From Thermoplasmatota archaeon (GTDB lineage Archaea; Thermoplasmatota; Penumbrarchaeia; JASLWR01): DNA of 64,000 nt. The notes beneath the pieces were generated by a model. It was not told the DNA's origin, made no database searches, and saw only the letters and a program-made list of their open reading frames with translations. The stretch spans positions 1,905 through 65,904 of the forward strand of contig JASLWR010000009.1 of assembly GCA_030740765.1 (NCBI GenBank). The letters run 5' to 3'. Position 1 is the first letter of the stretch; every line of letters begins with the position of its first letter. This document shows, one piece after another, positions 46,083 to 55,937 of the stretch. A program made the position numbers and the translations under genes.

Positions 46083-48503
46083 ATGTTCAGAGGCTCTAAT
46101 AAGGAGAAAAATAGTAAACCACTTGAAAAAACTCGCGCGCTGCCACTGATTGTCGCGATCAGTATGATATTGGTCGTTCTCCTTGTGGTAGACCTTGGTA
46201 CAATGGGTGATTCAAATAGAGCCTCCGACAATATGTGTATAGGTTGTCATGGTAACCGTTTTAAGGAGTATAGCAATCTTCTCCCCGGCGACCCCTTATC
46301 TGTGCTGCCAACAGAATTCACCGAGAATTCAACAGAGATTAAGATAGCTGTCGAGATAATCGACACGGGAGATCCCGGACCTCTGTCGTATTTCGAGATA
46401 TCCTCGCTACGAGTGACCCTTAACAGTATCGACAATAAATTGGACATTCCCAACCCTCAGCAGGAGAAAAATAATCTTTTTCCAGACGATAAGGTGATTT
46501 TTAATTGGTCGGTTACGGGGGTCCTACCGGGTGAGGACACCTTGACCATCAGCCTCTATGCATTAAATCCACATTATAATTGCGTGGCTATAGATACTTA
46601 TAGCTATATCGCCTCGATTATACTTCCATATGAGATACCTTCACAGCCTCAAAACGTCACGGCGATCCCGGGTGATGGTTATATAGTGTTATCATGGCAA
46701 GAACCGAACGATGATGGAGGTATACCCGTAATGGAATACAAAATATATCGTGGTGGAGATCCCGGTGGTGAAACTTATTATGATCTGGTGAGCAGCACAA
46801 TGACCTCATATAATGATACCTCGGTTACCAATGGAGAGACCTATTATTATTATATAACCGCAACAAATTTAATCGGTGAGTCCGAAAAGAGTCCCGAGGT
46901 CTTTGCTACCCCATATGGACGTCCTACGCCGCCATTGAATCCGAAGATAAATAGTGGAAATAGTTATGTTGAACTGGACTGGGAAACATCGATTGACGAC
47001 GGCGGATCACCAATAATGTTCTACAATATATACCGGGGGAATTCCTCGGGCAACGAGACTTACCATATTTCCCAGAATATTAATAAAACCTCATACAACG
47101 ATACAGCAGTTACTAATGGGGAAACATATTACTACTATGTTACCGCTGTTAATTCGGTCGGTGAATCCGATCCCGGTATCGAGGTGTTTGCATCACCCGG
47201 AAAAGATGTTACAAACCCTTCGGCCCCGGAAAATTTCGAGGCCATGGCAGGAAACGGTTTTGTCCACTTGTACTGGGAGATTCCATCTGATGACGGTGGT
47301 TCTGTTATAATGGGATATAAGATATTCCGGGGTATAAATTCCGGAGATTTTACTTTCTTTGATTCCGTATTGGGTTTCACAACCTCATACAACGATACCT
47401 CTGTTATCAACGGAGAAATTTATTATTACTATGTTACAGCGGTCAACCCGGTAGGAGAATCAGGGCCGAGTGATGTCAATATCACAAGCCCACGTGGCCT
47501 TCCGGAACCTCCAAAGGAAGTTCAGGCTACTATGGGCAAGGGGTATGTCATGTTAATCTGGAAAGCCCCGGATAACGATGGGGGAGCTATAATAACTGCT
47601 TATAGGATATACAGAGGCAATGGATCAAGCAATTTTATCGACTTTTCCCTGGTCAGCGGGTTAACGCTATCTTACAACGATACCTCTGTTATAAACGGAG
47701 TATCTTATTACTATTATGTTATTGCAATCAACTCCTTGGGGGAGAGCGATCCCAGTAATGAGGTAAACGTAATATCTCAGAGAGAACCTACGGCGCCCCG
47801 GAACCTGAGCGGGATACTTGGTCCCGGATATGTACATCTCTCATGGGAACCTCCGGTGGAGGACGGAGGTTTACCTATATTGATATATAATATCTATCGC
47901 GGTACTTTTTCGGGCGCCGAAACCTATCATTCATCTGTCAGTTCAATATTGACCCAATACCGAGATGCGGATTCAAACATATCATATTATAATAATATAT
48001 ATTATTATGTCACTGCAGTCAATTTTGTCGGAGAAAGCGCCCCGACCGATGAAGTTAATGTGACCATCCAAGAGGTGGGCACTGATTCCACTGAACCCGA
48101 TCTTCCTGAGGTAGCCTCGTACTTTCCCAAAAACAGGAATTTGCAGGCTAACCTGAATGAGGTTGTGGTATTCTATATGGAAGCTGACGGTAATGTATCT
48201 ATTAACTGGTATGTGGATAACGAGCCTTACGCAACCGGGACATCTACATTGAGCTATCCTGTAGTAAAACCCGGCACACGTACGATCAGGGCACGAATAA
48301 CGGATGAGATTTCCGATCGTTCCATTGAGATATCCTGGAATATCGTGACCACAGAAGATGATGCCAACATCGAGACTAACGAGCAGAGCAGTATCTCCCC
48401 GCTTCCTGGTTGGATGAGGAACTCTGTACTCTACGGCGGCATGGTCGTGCTCATGGTGCTGGGCGTATATCTTGCGATTTTTTACAGGAAGAGGAAACCA
48501 TGA
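46083..48503 (+). CDS. membrane-anchored protein with an N-terminal CXXCH motif (CIGCH), five tandem fibronectin type III domains, an Ig-like domain and a C-terminal TM helix
   Basis: N-terminal TM, NMCIGCHGN, five ~94-aa repeats each ending Y(K/N)IYRG...SYNDTSVTNGETYYYYVTAVN..GES, C-terminal TM (LYGGMVVLMVLGVYLAIFY). Confidence 0.7.
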   Translation: MFRGSNKEKNSKPLEKTRALPLIVAISMILVVLLVVDLGTMGDSNRASDNMCIGCHGNRFKEYSNLLPGDPLSVLPTEFTENSTEIKIAVEIIDTGDPGPLSYFEISSLRVTLNSIDNKLDIPNPQQEKNNLFPDDKVIFNWSVTGVLPGEDTLTISLYALNPHYNCVAIDTYSYIASIILPYEIPSQPQNVTAIPGDGYIVLSWQEPNDDGGIPVMEYKIYRGGDPGGETYYDLVSSTMTSYNDTSVTNGETYYYYITATNLIGESEKSPEVFATPYGRPTPPLNPKINSGNSYVELDWETSIDDGGSPIMFYNIYRGNSSGNETYHISQNINKTSYNDTAVTNGETYYYYVTAVNSVGESDPGIEVFASPGKDVTNPSAPENFEAMAGNGFVHLYWEIPSDDGGSVIMGYKIFRGINSGDFTFFDSVLGFTTSYNDTSVINGEIYYYYVTAVNPVGESGPSDVNITSPRGLPEPPKEVQATMGKGYVMLIWKAPDNDGGAIITAYRIYRGNGSSNFIDFSLVSGLTLSYNDTSVINGVSYYYYVIAINSLGESDPSNEVNVISQREPTAPRNLSGILGPGYVHLSWEPPVEDGGLPILIYNIYRGTFSGAETYHSSVSSILTQYRDADSNISYYNNIYYYVTAVNFVGESAPTDEVNVTIQEVGTDSTEPDLPEVASYFPKNRNLQANLNEVVVFYMEADGNVSINWYVDNEPYATGTSTLSYPVVKPGTRTIRARITDEISDRSIEISWNIVTTEDDANIETNEQSSISPLPGWMRNSVLYGGMVVLMVLGVYLAIFYRKRKP
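46639..48075. repeat. five tandem ~282-bp coding repeats (FN3 domains)
   Basis: Repeated protein-level units are visible in the translation. The DNA copies are diverged. Confidence 0.6.
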
Positions 48504-50122
48504 GAAAAATGGTTATTCTCTTTCTAATAACCATCATTCTGGTCCCCACAGCTGGCGGAGATTCCCATCGAAATACCGATTGTTTATCCTGTCATTCTTC
48601 ATCATACCCCATTTCCGGGTACGTCTATTATCCCCCGACGGTTTTTTTAAATGTTTCCATGTTTACAAAACGTGGGGTGGAATTTCCCGTAGAAGTGGGA
48701 ATTGATTTTATTGATTATGATATAAAGGAACTTCTAATAGAAATTACTCAAGATCCGAAAATCTTTAGTTTCAATGAATCCACTATAGAAGCATATGATC
48801 TGAAAAAGGGTACGAGATTCAAATTCACCGCTACTGCAATAAAGAACGGGGTTTCCAAAATAATCGTAACGGTAAATGCGATAACCTATTATGAGCATAA
48901 AACCATTGATGGATACGATTATCGGGAAGAAGTGATAGAGAAAAGTAGGATCATCAGTGTTGGTAGTACATCGTTGGTACCTTCATCCTGGAACGTATTG
49001 TTGGATGATGCGGGCGGGGAAATAACCCTGACCGCAGTGGAGGACATCACCGATCTAACTGTTTTCACATCATCCTCTCTCGAAGCAAAGCCCACCGGCA
49101 GGAACTTTCTATCGGCAGATAGTGAACTGGACATCTTCTTGCGCCCCACATCTCGAAAAAAGATCGATGAGAATATAATAATATCGTGGCGGGTGAACAA
49201 CACACCCTATGCTATTCCAATAAGTGTTTTATACAATCCCCAAGCGCCCAAAGTAACTGATTATTTTCATTGGATCGGAAGAATCACCGGTATATCTACT
49301 CTTGTACTGCTTTTGATCTCCATAGTTCTCGGCGGTATATGGAATACCGGAGGTTATCTAAACCGGATGATCAGCGCCAAGCGAAGGGTGAGGTATCATT
49401 GCGCCGTATCGTGGTTTCTTTTTGGATTGGCTATCTATCACGGCTCCGTTCTTCTATCCGGTCCTTACACTGACCAGCTCTGGAACATTTGGATCATATT
49501 AGGTTATCTCGCCGCCGTTACGATGCTGGTGGTGAGCCTGACCGGGAGCTTTATGAAGTTTACGATAAAGTTGATAGGTGCCAAGAACTGGCGCAGGGTC
49601 CACCTTTACTCAACATTTCTTTCCCTTGCATTTGTAATTTTTCATGGGATCGCCATGGGAACGGATTTTACATTCATTAGGGAACGAGAGGATATTGTTT
49701 TCTGGGCGATTATGGGTACGGTATTGTTCGCTGGAGTTATTGTTTTGACGCTCTATTTAAACGAAAGAGAAAAAGGACTGACTCGGATACAACATCATTC
49801 CCTTGATCCTAGGGGATCCGATGATTCTGATGATGATTTATACTGGCAAGACGATTATCGAGAAGACGATTGTCGGGAAGACGATCACAGATTGGATGTT
49901 TACGGGACGGACGACCCATGGCAAGACGATTATCGTCAAGATAAATACGGATCGGATGATTACTACAATGAAGCAAAAAAAGAAGTTGAGATACCATGTC
50001 CCAAGTGTGGTGAACAATTATCCCCACCCTATAAGTTCTGCACTACCTGCGGTTTGAGGCTAGCTAAGGAAAACTTTAAAATTGGAAAAAGGAAAAAGTG
50101 GAGGAGTGGTAACAGAGGATAG
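48500..50122 (+). CDS. fusion protein: N-terminal CXXCH domain (CLSCH) + ferric-reductase-like di-heme-b transmembrane domain + acidic DDY-repeat tail + C-terminal zinc ribbon
   Basis: ATGA overlap with the previous gene. DCLSCHSS after an N-terminal TM. Two TM helices each carry His pairs 14 residues apart (YHCAVSWFLFGLAIYHG; VHLYSTFLSLAFVIFHG), as in FRD/cytochrome b561-type bis-heme domains. Tail: DDYREDD.. repeats and CPKCGEQL...CTTCGL. Confidence 0.65.
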   Translation: MRKMVILFLITIILVPTAGGDSHRNTDCLSCHSSSYPISGYVYYPPTVFLNVSMFTKRGVEFPVEVGIDFIDYDIKELLIEITQDPKIFSFNESTIEAYDLKKGTRFKFTATAIKNGVSKIIVTVNAITYYEHKTIDGYDYREEVIEKSRIISVGSTSLVPSSWNVLLDDAGGEITLTAVEDITDLTVFTSSSLEAKPTGRNFLSADSELDIFLRPTSRKKIDENIIISWRVNNTPYAIPISVLYNPQAPKVTDYFHWIGRITGISTLVLLLISIVLGGIWNTGGYLNRMISAKRRVRYHCAVSWFLFGLAIYHGSVLLSGPYTDQLWNIWIILGYLAAVTMLVVSLTGSFMKFTIKLIGAKNWRRVHLYSTFLSLAFVIFHGIAMGTDFTFIREREDIVFWAIMGTVLFAGVIVLTLYLNEREKGLTRIQHHSLDPRGSDDSDDDLYWQDDYREDDCREDDHRLDVYGTDDPWQDDYRQDKYGSDDYYNEAKKEVEIPCPKCGEQLSPPYKFCTTCGLRLAKENFKIGKRKKWRSGNRG

Positions 50123-50387
50123 GGTACAAATAGAGGTCGGGAAAACATACCGAGAATGCAGTGCTAAATTATTTCCCCATGAGAGGTTCTGTATCGGCTG
50201 CGGAACGAAAATGGTAAGTTGAAAAGGTGTTCATATGGCTGGAAAGAATAGGAAAAAAGACGTTAGTTTATACTGCATTATTCGTTGCGGGAATTATTAT
50301 TGTTGCATCGGCTATCGCTCAATATTCACAAAATAGCTTCAGCGAAGGATGTAACAACGAGGGAGAAAGTGAAAAAAACTCATGGCT

Positions 50388-52043
50388 TCAATCGATATTA
50401 TCTTTCTTCGCCCATTGAACCATTATGTCCTTTAGCTGCGCCTTCTGAGCAGCATCTAGTTCCCCCGCCTGATTTAGTACTTGCTCCACTTCTTCCGGTT
50501 GGATGCGTCCGTCGGCTAGTGCGGTATTGACAGCTGCTATAAGCTCAGGCGAGGTTTTTTCAAGGCTCAAAGATATATTTCTTACGCGCGCCTTACTTAG
50601 GCTGTCATCTATTTTCTTCTCGATAACAAGGTACTGGTTTTCGTCGAGCTTACCCTTGCGGTAGTGTCTCGTGACCTCCTCGCGTAAGTTGGCGAGCTCA
50701 GTATCCAAATGATCCAAGTTGTTCCCCTGTTCTTTCACCTTCTTATCGATTTTGTCCAGATAGCCATGGACATTGGCTTTCTGTCGCCGGAGCATTACCC
50801 AACCCACGATAGAAATGAGTATCGCACCAACCGCAAATAATGGCTCCCAATAGCGTTCTAAAAAACTCTGCTTTCCCACTTCGGCACCACCAACTGTCTC
50901 ACCCTTCCCAATCGTCTTGAAGGTATATTCATAGTCAAGCATTTTATTGCCGGCGAGGTCTTCCACATCAGAGATGTGTACTGTATAGGTAGTCCGGGCA
51001 GTGAGCAGATCAGTGCTTGTGAAAGTGAGAATGGAACGGTTGTTCTCAACGGTAAGGGAAAGATTGCCTGACAGCGGGGTCTCGTCAGCCAATAGCTCTA
51101 TCCGGGCTCCATCACGCACCTCTTCGTTGAATCGTGCTGTAATATTAGTCGCCAGGTTAACATTCTCCGCATTTGGCATCGGTCGCAGCTGCTCTGCGAT
51201 CACCATCGGTTCGATCGTGTCTACAGTCACCCCAACGACTACCCGACTATCCTCGGTACCCAGCCACTCATGGGTGGGTGTGCGAAGGTCTATGATGAGT
51301 AGATGGAAGCCCTCGGTTAAGGATGCATAGGTAAGGGGCGCCGTGGTAGTGTGCATCTGGCGGTTGTCAGCATCCACCTCGTCATACATGTAGTGCATGT
51401 GCGGTCCACCGTAGTAACCACCTGATATGGTATGGTTCTCAACGGTGAATTTGACCACTACATTCGTACCAACATAGTCACCATCCCGGGGGTTTTGTAC
51501 GACCAATCGCGCCTTGCCTACTGTAAAAGCGAGTTTGACATCAGTTAGGGATGCTCCGGAAGAATCGTTTACATTACTAAGATCCATTGTGATCTCCTCG
51601 CCAAATGGGTAGAGGTGAAAAATAGATCCCTGACCAAGTCCGCAGTCACGATCAGGAAGGTTGACACGAATCATGTTCCCGCTGATTGAAAGGGTAACTG
51701 CTAAGGGACCGAAGACATTGCTATTTACACTCACTATCGCAGTGGATATATCGGGGGAGGTGCCATAGTCCACGAGAATATGGTCAAGGTCATGCCAATT
51801 GACGAGGCTACCGTTGGCAGGAGTAAAAATTGGCTCTACGGCGCGCCCTCTAACGCTATCTTCGACGCTACCACCAGCCTCGGCTGCTGTCTCATCTGCA
51901 ATCATTGGTAGAAAGATTAGTGACACTCCAAACAAGATAAGAACAAGCAGTGCGGATGAGTGCATCCAATTTATCCGCGAAGGTGTCTTGCCGGGTATCG
52001 GTAATATACTATTCTTTATCTTGTCTGTCTCCTCATTACTCAT
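50388..52043 (-). CDS. cell-surface protein with Ig-like (SbsA/Big-type) domains, a TM anchor and a cytoplasmic coiled-coil tail
   Basis: N-terminal signal/TM, beta-rich ectodomain, TM (LFAVGAILISIVGWVML), then a heptad-rich K/E tail. Confidence 0.55.
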   Translation of the reverse strand: MSNEETDKIKNSILPIPGKTPSRINWMHSSALLVLILFGVSLIFLPMIADETAAEAGGSVEDSVRGRAVEPIFTPANGSLVNWHDLDHILVDYGTSPDISTAIVSVNSNVFGPLAVTLSISGNMIRVNLPDRDCGLGQGSIFHLYPFGEEITMDLSNVNDSSGASLTDVKLAFTVGKARLVVQNPRDGDYVGTNVVVKFTVENHTISGGYYGGPHMHYMYDEVDADNRQMHTTTAPLTYASLTEGFHLLIIDLRTPTHEWLGTEDSRVVVGVTVDTIEPMVIAEQLRPMPNAENVNLATNITARFNEEVRDGARIELLADETPLSGNLSLTVENNRSILTFTSTDLLTARTTYTVHISDVEDLAGNKMLDYEYTFKTIGKGETVGGAEVGKQSFLERYWEPLFAVGAILISIVGWVMLRRQKANVHGYLDKIDKKVKEQGNNLDHLDTELANLREEVTRHYRKGKLDENQYLVIEKKIDDSLSKARVRNISLSLEKTSPELIAAVNTALADGRIQPEEVEQVLNQAGELDAAQKAQLKDIMVQWAKKDNID

Positions 52044-52460
52044 ATCATACCTCTAAAACTTGTGTTCTCTTGCTGATAGAACATCTATACCTTATAGAAT
52101 TTACTCACTATGTTTCATGAATTTCAATTTCTACGCTCCTTATGATCCTCGGGTGTGTTCTGATATCTCCATATCTTCTCGATGCTTAAGACAGGCTGTA
52201 GAGGTCGTTTCAACCCTCTTATTATCGTCCCCCGATACGCCTCACAGGGCTTATTAGGTGGTTTCTTGGACAGTACCCCTAATAGTAAATAATGGGTTAA
52301 GCTTCATTATTTAAAATTTCCATTTCAAATTCATCCGGTTGCAAGTAGCCAATGAATCACCCTCGAAAACCTTTGGGTTTTCTACGGATACATCTGTGGA
52401 AAGTTCATTCCACGTCGATTGGCAAAAAGGCGGATACTTCAGATGACTGCTTACAATTTA

Positions 52461-55106
52461 TTATATAATTCCGACGAGTAAGAGACCTCCGATAATGGTG
52501 AATAACATCAAAACGAGAGTTATTCGGCCAGACCACCGGTGTACGTTACGAATGATATTCCTTTTCTTTTTTATTTTTAGCAGCAGCACTCCGAGGATCG
52601 GCATGCTTATGATAAATATCGCTGTCAAAGCACCCAAAAAGGTATGGGTAACCCTGAAATGTATTCCTCCGGATGAACCCACCATGTAGAATGCGAATAT
52701 TATCCCGATAACAGATGATGCCGCACCCGCCGATCCCAGTAACCTGTGCGCTTTCAGCCACCATTTTTTTTTCTTCATGAACCTGGCAATGGTGACTCCG
52801 GTGGCCATTAATAATAATCCCAAACTCATTAACACTGCGTGATACGGCCACCAAACAGACACCTTTTTTTCCCAATATTCACCTGTGGCGATATCCAAGG
52901 TAGCGTAACCCTTCTTTGTATGCTTTAGTTCACGACTGTCCTCTGGGCTCATTGCCCATATTACATTCAATCTACCGTCGGGATCGATGTCATGATCATA
53001 CTTATCGCCTGTGGATAAATATCGCTTGAATTCGATTATAGTAATACCGTTTTCCTCCGAGCCGCTAAAGGATAATATGTCCGAGGTACCTCCCTTATCC
53101 ACATCGATCAGATGGGGCCCTCCTTCTTCTTCGGAATAGGTGTCAAGCGCGATCACATCATCACCGGAAACCGAACCGATTATTATATCGGCATCCTTCA
53201 TCATTTTCTCGGCATCAAAACCGATGGCCACCCATCCCGTGGTCTTTCCCTCGATGGCCATATAAATGGATTTACCATCGACGCGCCAGTGTAATATGAA
53301 ATTTCCGTCATCGAATGATGCTTCGAATTCGTATTCACCCTCTGTAATTATTCCATCGAGATTATAGACCACTTCAATATGGGAGGTTGCATTATTTCCC
53401 GAGGTGTCCGAGGCCCTTGCATAGATGGTGTTAGTTCCTTCCCTCAGAGAGATCAAAGCGGTCCAGTTAAGAGTGCCCTGGGCTGCTATCCATTCCTCTT
53501 CGTTGACTTTCACCTCTATTTTATCCAGTTCCACATCATCATATGCAGTGCCATTCACGGTTATCTTACGTACATCCAGCTCCTCGTTGTTCAGTGGCCA
53601 CAAAATTGATATGACCGGTGGAGCAAAATCAGGCGGCGTGTATGTAACGTTAACAGAATCGGAGGCATGGTTGCCGGAAGAATCAGTGGCCCTGGCTATT
53701 ATACGATTATTTCCTTCCACAAACGTTAATTCAACGCTCCACGATTCCGTGCCCTCGGTTAACTTCCAGACACCGTCATTTACCTTCACATCTACCCTGC
53801 TCAGGGCGGCATTGTCAGTGGCATTCCCTTTTACCGTTATCGTGCCCGTTTCAAACACCTGGCTCTCAAGAGGTGATGATATCTTGATCCAGGGAGGTAT
53901 CTCGTCGAGTGGCCCCGAGCTATTATAAGTGACGTTTACTACATCCGTGGCTTCATTGTCGGAGGCGTCGATGGCCTTGGCATAGATCGTATTTTGACCC
54001 TCTGCCAGCATCAGATCTATGCTCCATGAATCCGTTCCCTGGGCCAACTGCCATTGACCGGTGTTCAGCTTGCCCTCCACCCTGCCCAAAGCTTCGTCAT
54101 CATCGGCGGTTCCGCTCACGGTTATCTGGTCCGTGTAGAACACTTCTCCTTCTGTGGGGACGGATATATATATAATTGGGGGGGTGGAATCAACATAGGT
54201 GACGTTAACAGTGCCCGTGGCCTCGTTCTGATATTGGTCGGTGGCCTTAGCATAGATCGTATTTACTCCAGGGGCAAGAGTGACCTGTATTGTCCAAGAA
54301 ACCGTCCCGGTGGCCTGCTGCCAAGCTCCTTCGTTCACTTTCACCTCTACGGTATCCAATCCTCTATCGTCAGATGCCATGCCGGAGACGGTAATTTGTT
54401 CAGTGGAGACCTCAACACCGTTTGACGGTGATGTGATGGATATGGTAGGGGCATTGGTGTCCAAGCTCTCGGGTACAACCCACGAATTCTTATTCCAGCC
54501 ATCCCCGTTATTTTTACCATTCCCATTTACGGCGTTACCAGCCAAATAAAATGTTATAGTTCCGGTGCCTGGACCGGGGGCTGTCCAATCGATATCCCAG
54601 GATCTCTGGTTTTTATTGGTATGGCTTGCCTGATTCTGAGCAATGTTTATTTGAACATTTCCATCCGTTGTCGAGAGACTTCCGGAAGACACCTCAAGAT
54701 TAAAACCTCCCAGGGCGGTTGCCGGCCCACCGTTTAAACTCAGGGTGAGAGGATATGTTTGAGCGGAGCTATAGTTATTTGGTAACCCGTTTATGGAAAC
54801 TGCCACTGTCGGATCGGGGGTTGGTGAGTGACATGTACAACCCGTTTGAGCTTTATCAAACTTACCTCCACTTCTTGCTCCCACTTCCAAAACAGCAACA
54901 CTGCCAATCAATATCAATAGAAGAACCAGTCCGTATGTTTTGGCTGGATTTGTACCATTTTTAATCATGAGGGAAATATTCTTCTGTTTTTTCGGACAGC
55001 TATGATATACGTTCCTTCCTCTTTTATCAGACCGTTTTTTTCTAAAAAAGTGGTTTTTCATTTCCTTTTCAGAAGGAATAATATCATCCATGTTTGTAAA
55101 TAACAT
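52461..55106 (-). CDS. N-terminal CXXCH (CTCH) + 4 Ig-like repeats + DOMON domain + cytochrome b561/ferric-reductase-like TM domain protein
   Basis: Signal/TM, then GCTCHSPTPDP. Four ~90-aa repeats (ITVSG.A.DD..L..VEVKVN.G.W..A.GT.SW...L.EG.NTIYA.A.D..N.A). DOMON-like block (GWVAIGFDAEKMMKDADIIIG...IIEFKR). C-terminal 4-5 TM helices with conserved His residues. Confidence 0.65.
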   Translation of the reverse strand: MLFTNMDDIIPSEKEMKNHFFRKKRSDKRGRNVYHSCPKKQKNISLMIKNGTNPAKTYGLVLLLILIGSVAVLEVGARSGGKFDKAQTGCTCHSPTPDPTVAVSINGLPNNYSSAQTYPLTLSLNGGPATALGGFNLEVSSGSLSTTDGNVQINIAQNQASHTNKNQRSWDIDWTAPGPGTGTITFYLAGNAVNGNGKNNGDGWNKNSWVVPESLDTNAPTISITSPSNGVEVSTEQITVSGMASDDRGLDTVEVKVNEGAWQQATGTVSWTIQVTLAPGVNTIYAKATDQYQNEATGTVNVTYVDSTPPIIYISVPTEGEVFYTDQITVSGTADDDEALGRVEGKLNTGQWQLAQGTDSWSIDLMLAEGQNTIYAKAIDASDNEATDVVNVTYNSSGPLDEIPPWIKISSPLESQVFETGTITVKGNATDNAALSRVDVKVNDGVWKLTEGTESWSVELTFVEGNNRIIARATDSSGNHASDSVNVTYTPPDFAPPVISILWPLNNEELDVRKITVNGTAYDDVELDKIEVKVNEEEWIAAQGTLNWTALISLREGTNTIYARASDTSGNNATSHIEVVYNLDGIITEGEYEFEASFDDGNFILHWRVDGKSIYMAIEGKTTGWVAIGFDAEKMMKDADIIIGSVSGDDVIALDTYSEEEGGPHLIDVDKGGTSDILSFSGSEENGITIIEFKRYLSTGDKYDHDIDPDGRLNVIWAMSPEDSRELKHTKKGYATLDIATGEYWEKKVSVWWPYHAVLMSLGLLLMATGVTIARFMKKKKWWLKAHRLLGSAGAASSVIGIIFAFYMVGSSGGIHFRVTHTFLGALTAIFIISMPILGVLLLKIKKKRNIIRNVHRWSGRITLVLMLFTIIGGLLLVGII
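53351..54431. repeat. four tandem ~270-bp coding repeats (Ig-like domains) within the 52461-55106 gene
   Basis: Protein-level repeats seen in the translation. Coordinates approximate. Confidence 0.5.
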
Positions 55107-55246
55107 TCATTAATAGTAAATATTTCGGTATGAAATGCTCTATTCTCAATAATTCGTGTCTCATAGAAGTGGTAAAACTATGAAAAAAATACACGAAATT
55201 GGGGGGGAATTTGACATAGAAACTGAAGTTTTATTATACTCTTTTA

Positions 55247-55669
55247 TTAATATTTAAGTTGTAATCGCTGTATATGTCGCGTGTTTAGAACCATGGCACC
55301 CAATAAAAGTAATATACCAAATAATGAAGTCAAACCAACGAAAGGTGCAAGAAGCATTGCGGAACTCATACCTATGATACTTACAGCTATCGGAGAACAG
55401 CATGTGATCATACTTATAACCATGCCAACTACACCTAGTGCTCCACCTTCTCTACATTTACAGCGATTTTTGATACTGTATGCTACCAGTGCAATATTCA
55501 TACTCATCAATATGGTAACAATTATTGCTGTCGGCACAAGAACACTAAATAGATAGATGTCGGTTCCAGTTGGATTACTCGTACCGAAGATCGCAGTCCC
55601 AATTTTTATCAGCCCGGAAAAGTAAAGCGAAGCCCTAAAAATTCCTATTCCATCGTTCGCTTCGCTCAC
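55247..55669 (-). CDS. small hydrophobic membrane protein, unknown function
   Basis: 140 aa with 4 predicted TM helices. Confidence 0.4.
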   Translation of the reverse strand: MSEANDGIGIFRASLYFSGLIKIGTAIFGTSNPTGTDIYLFSVLVPTAIIVTILMSMNIALVAYSIKNRCKCREGGALGVVGMVISMITCCSPIAVSIIGMSSAMLLAPFVGLTSLFGILLLLGAMVLNTRHIQRLQLKY

Positions 55670-55937
55670 TTCGGAGCAAGCTCCGGGGTATTAGACCCAT
55701 GAAGGAATAAAACTATCAAGAGTTTTCTAAATAAATCTACCACGGGCTATCACCTCGATACATTAGTAATATCAACTTATATGCACATATGCACTTCCAT
55801 ACACATATAACTTTTTATTAAAAAATGCCATCGAAAATGATAATGGATTCCCAATCTATCCCCCTTCTTCACTATGGTGTGAAGATTCATCTAACACTAT
55901 CTCTGATTCATCATAGTCTTTACTTTTATAAAATAAT

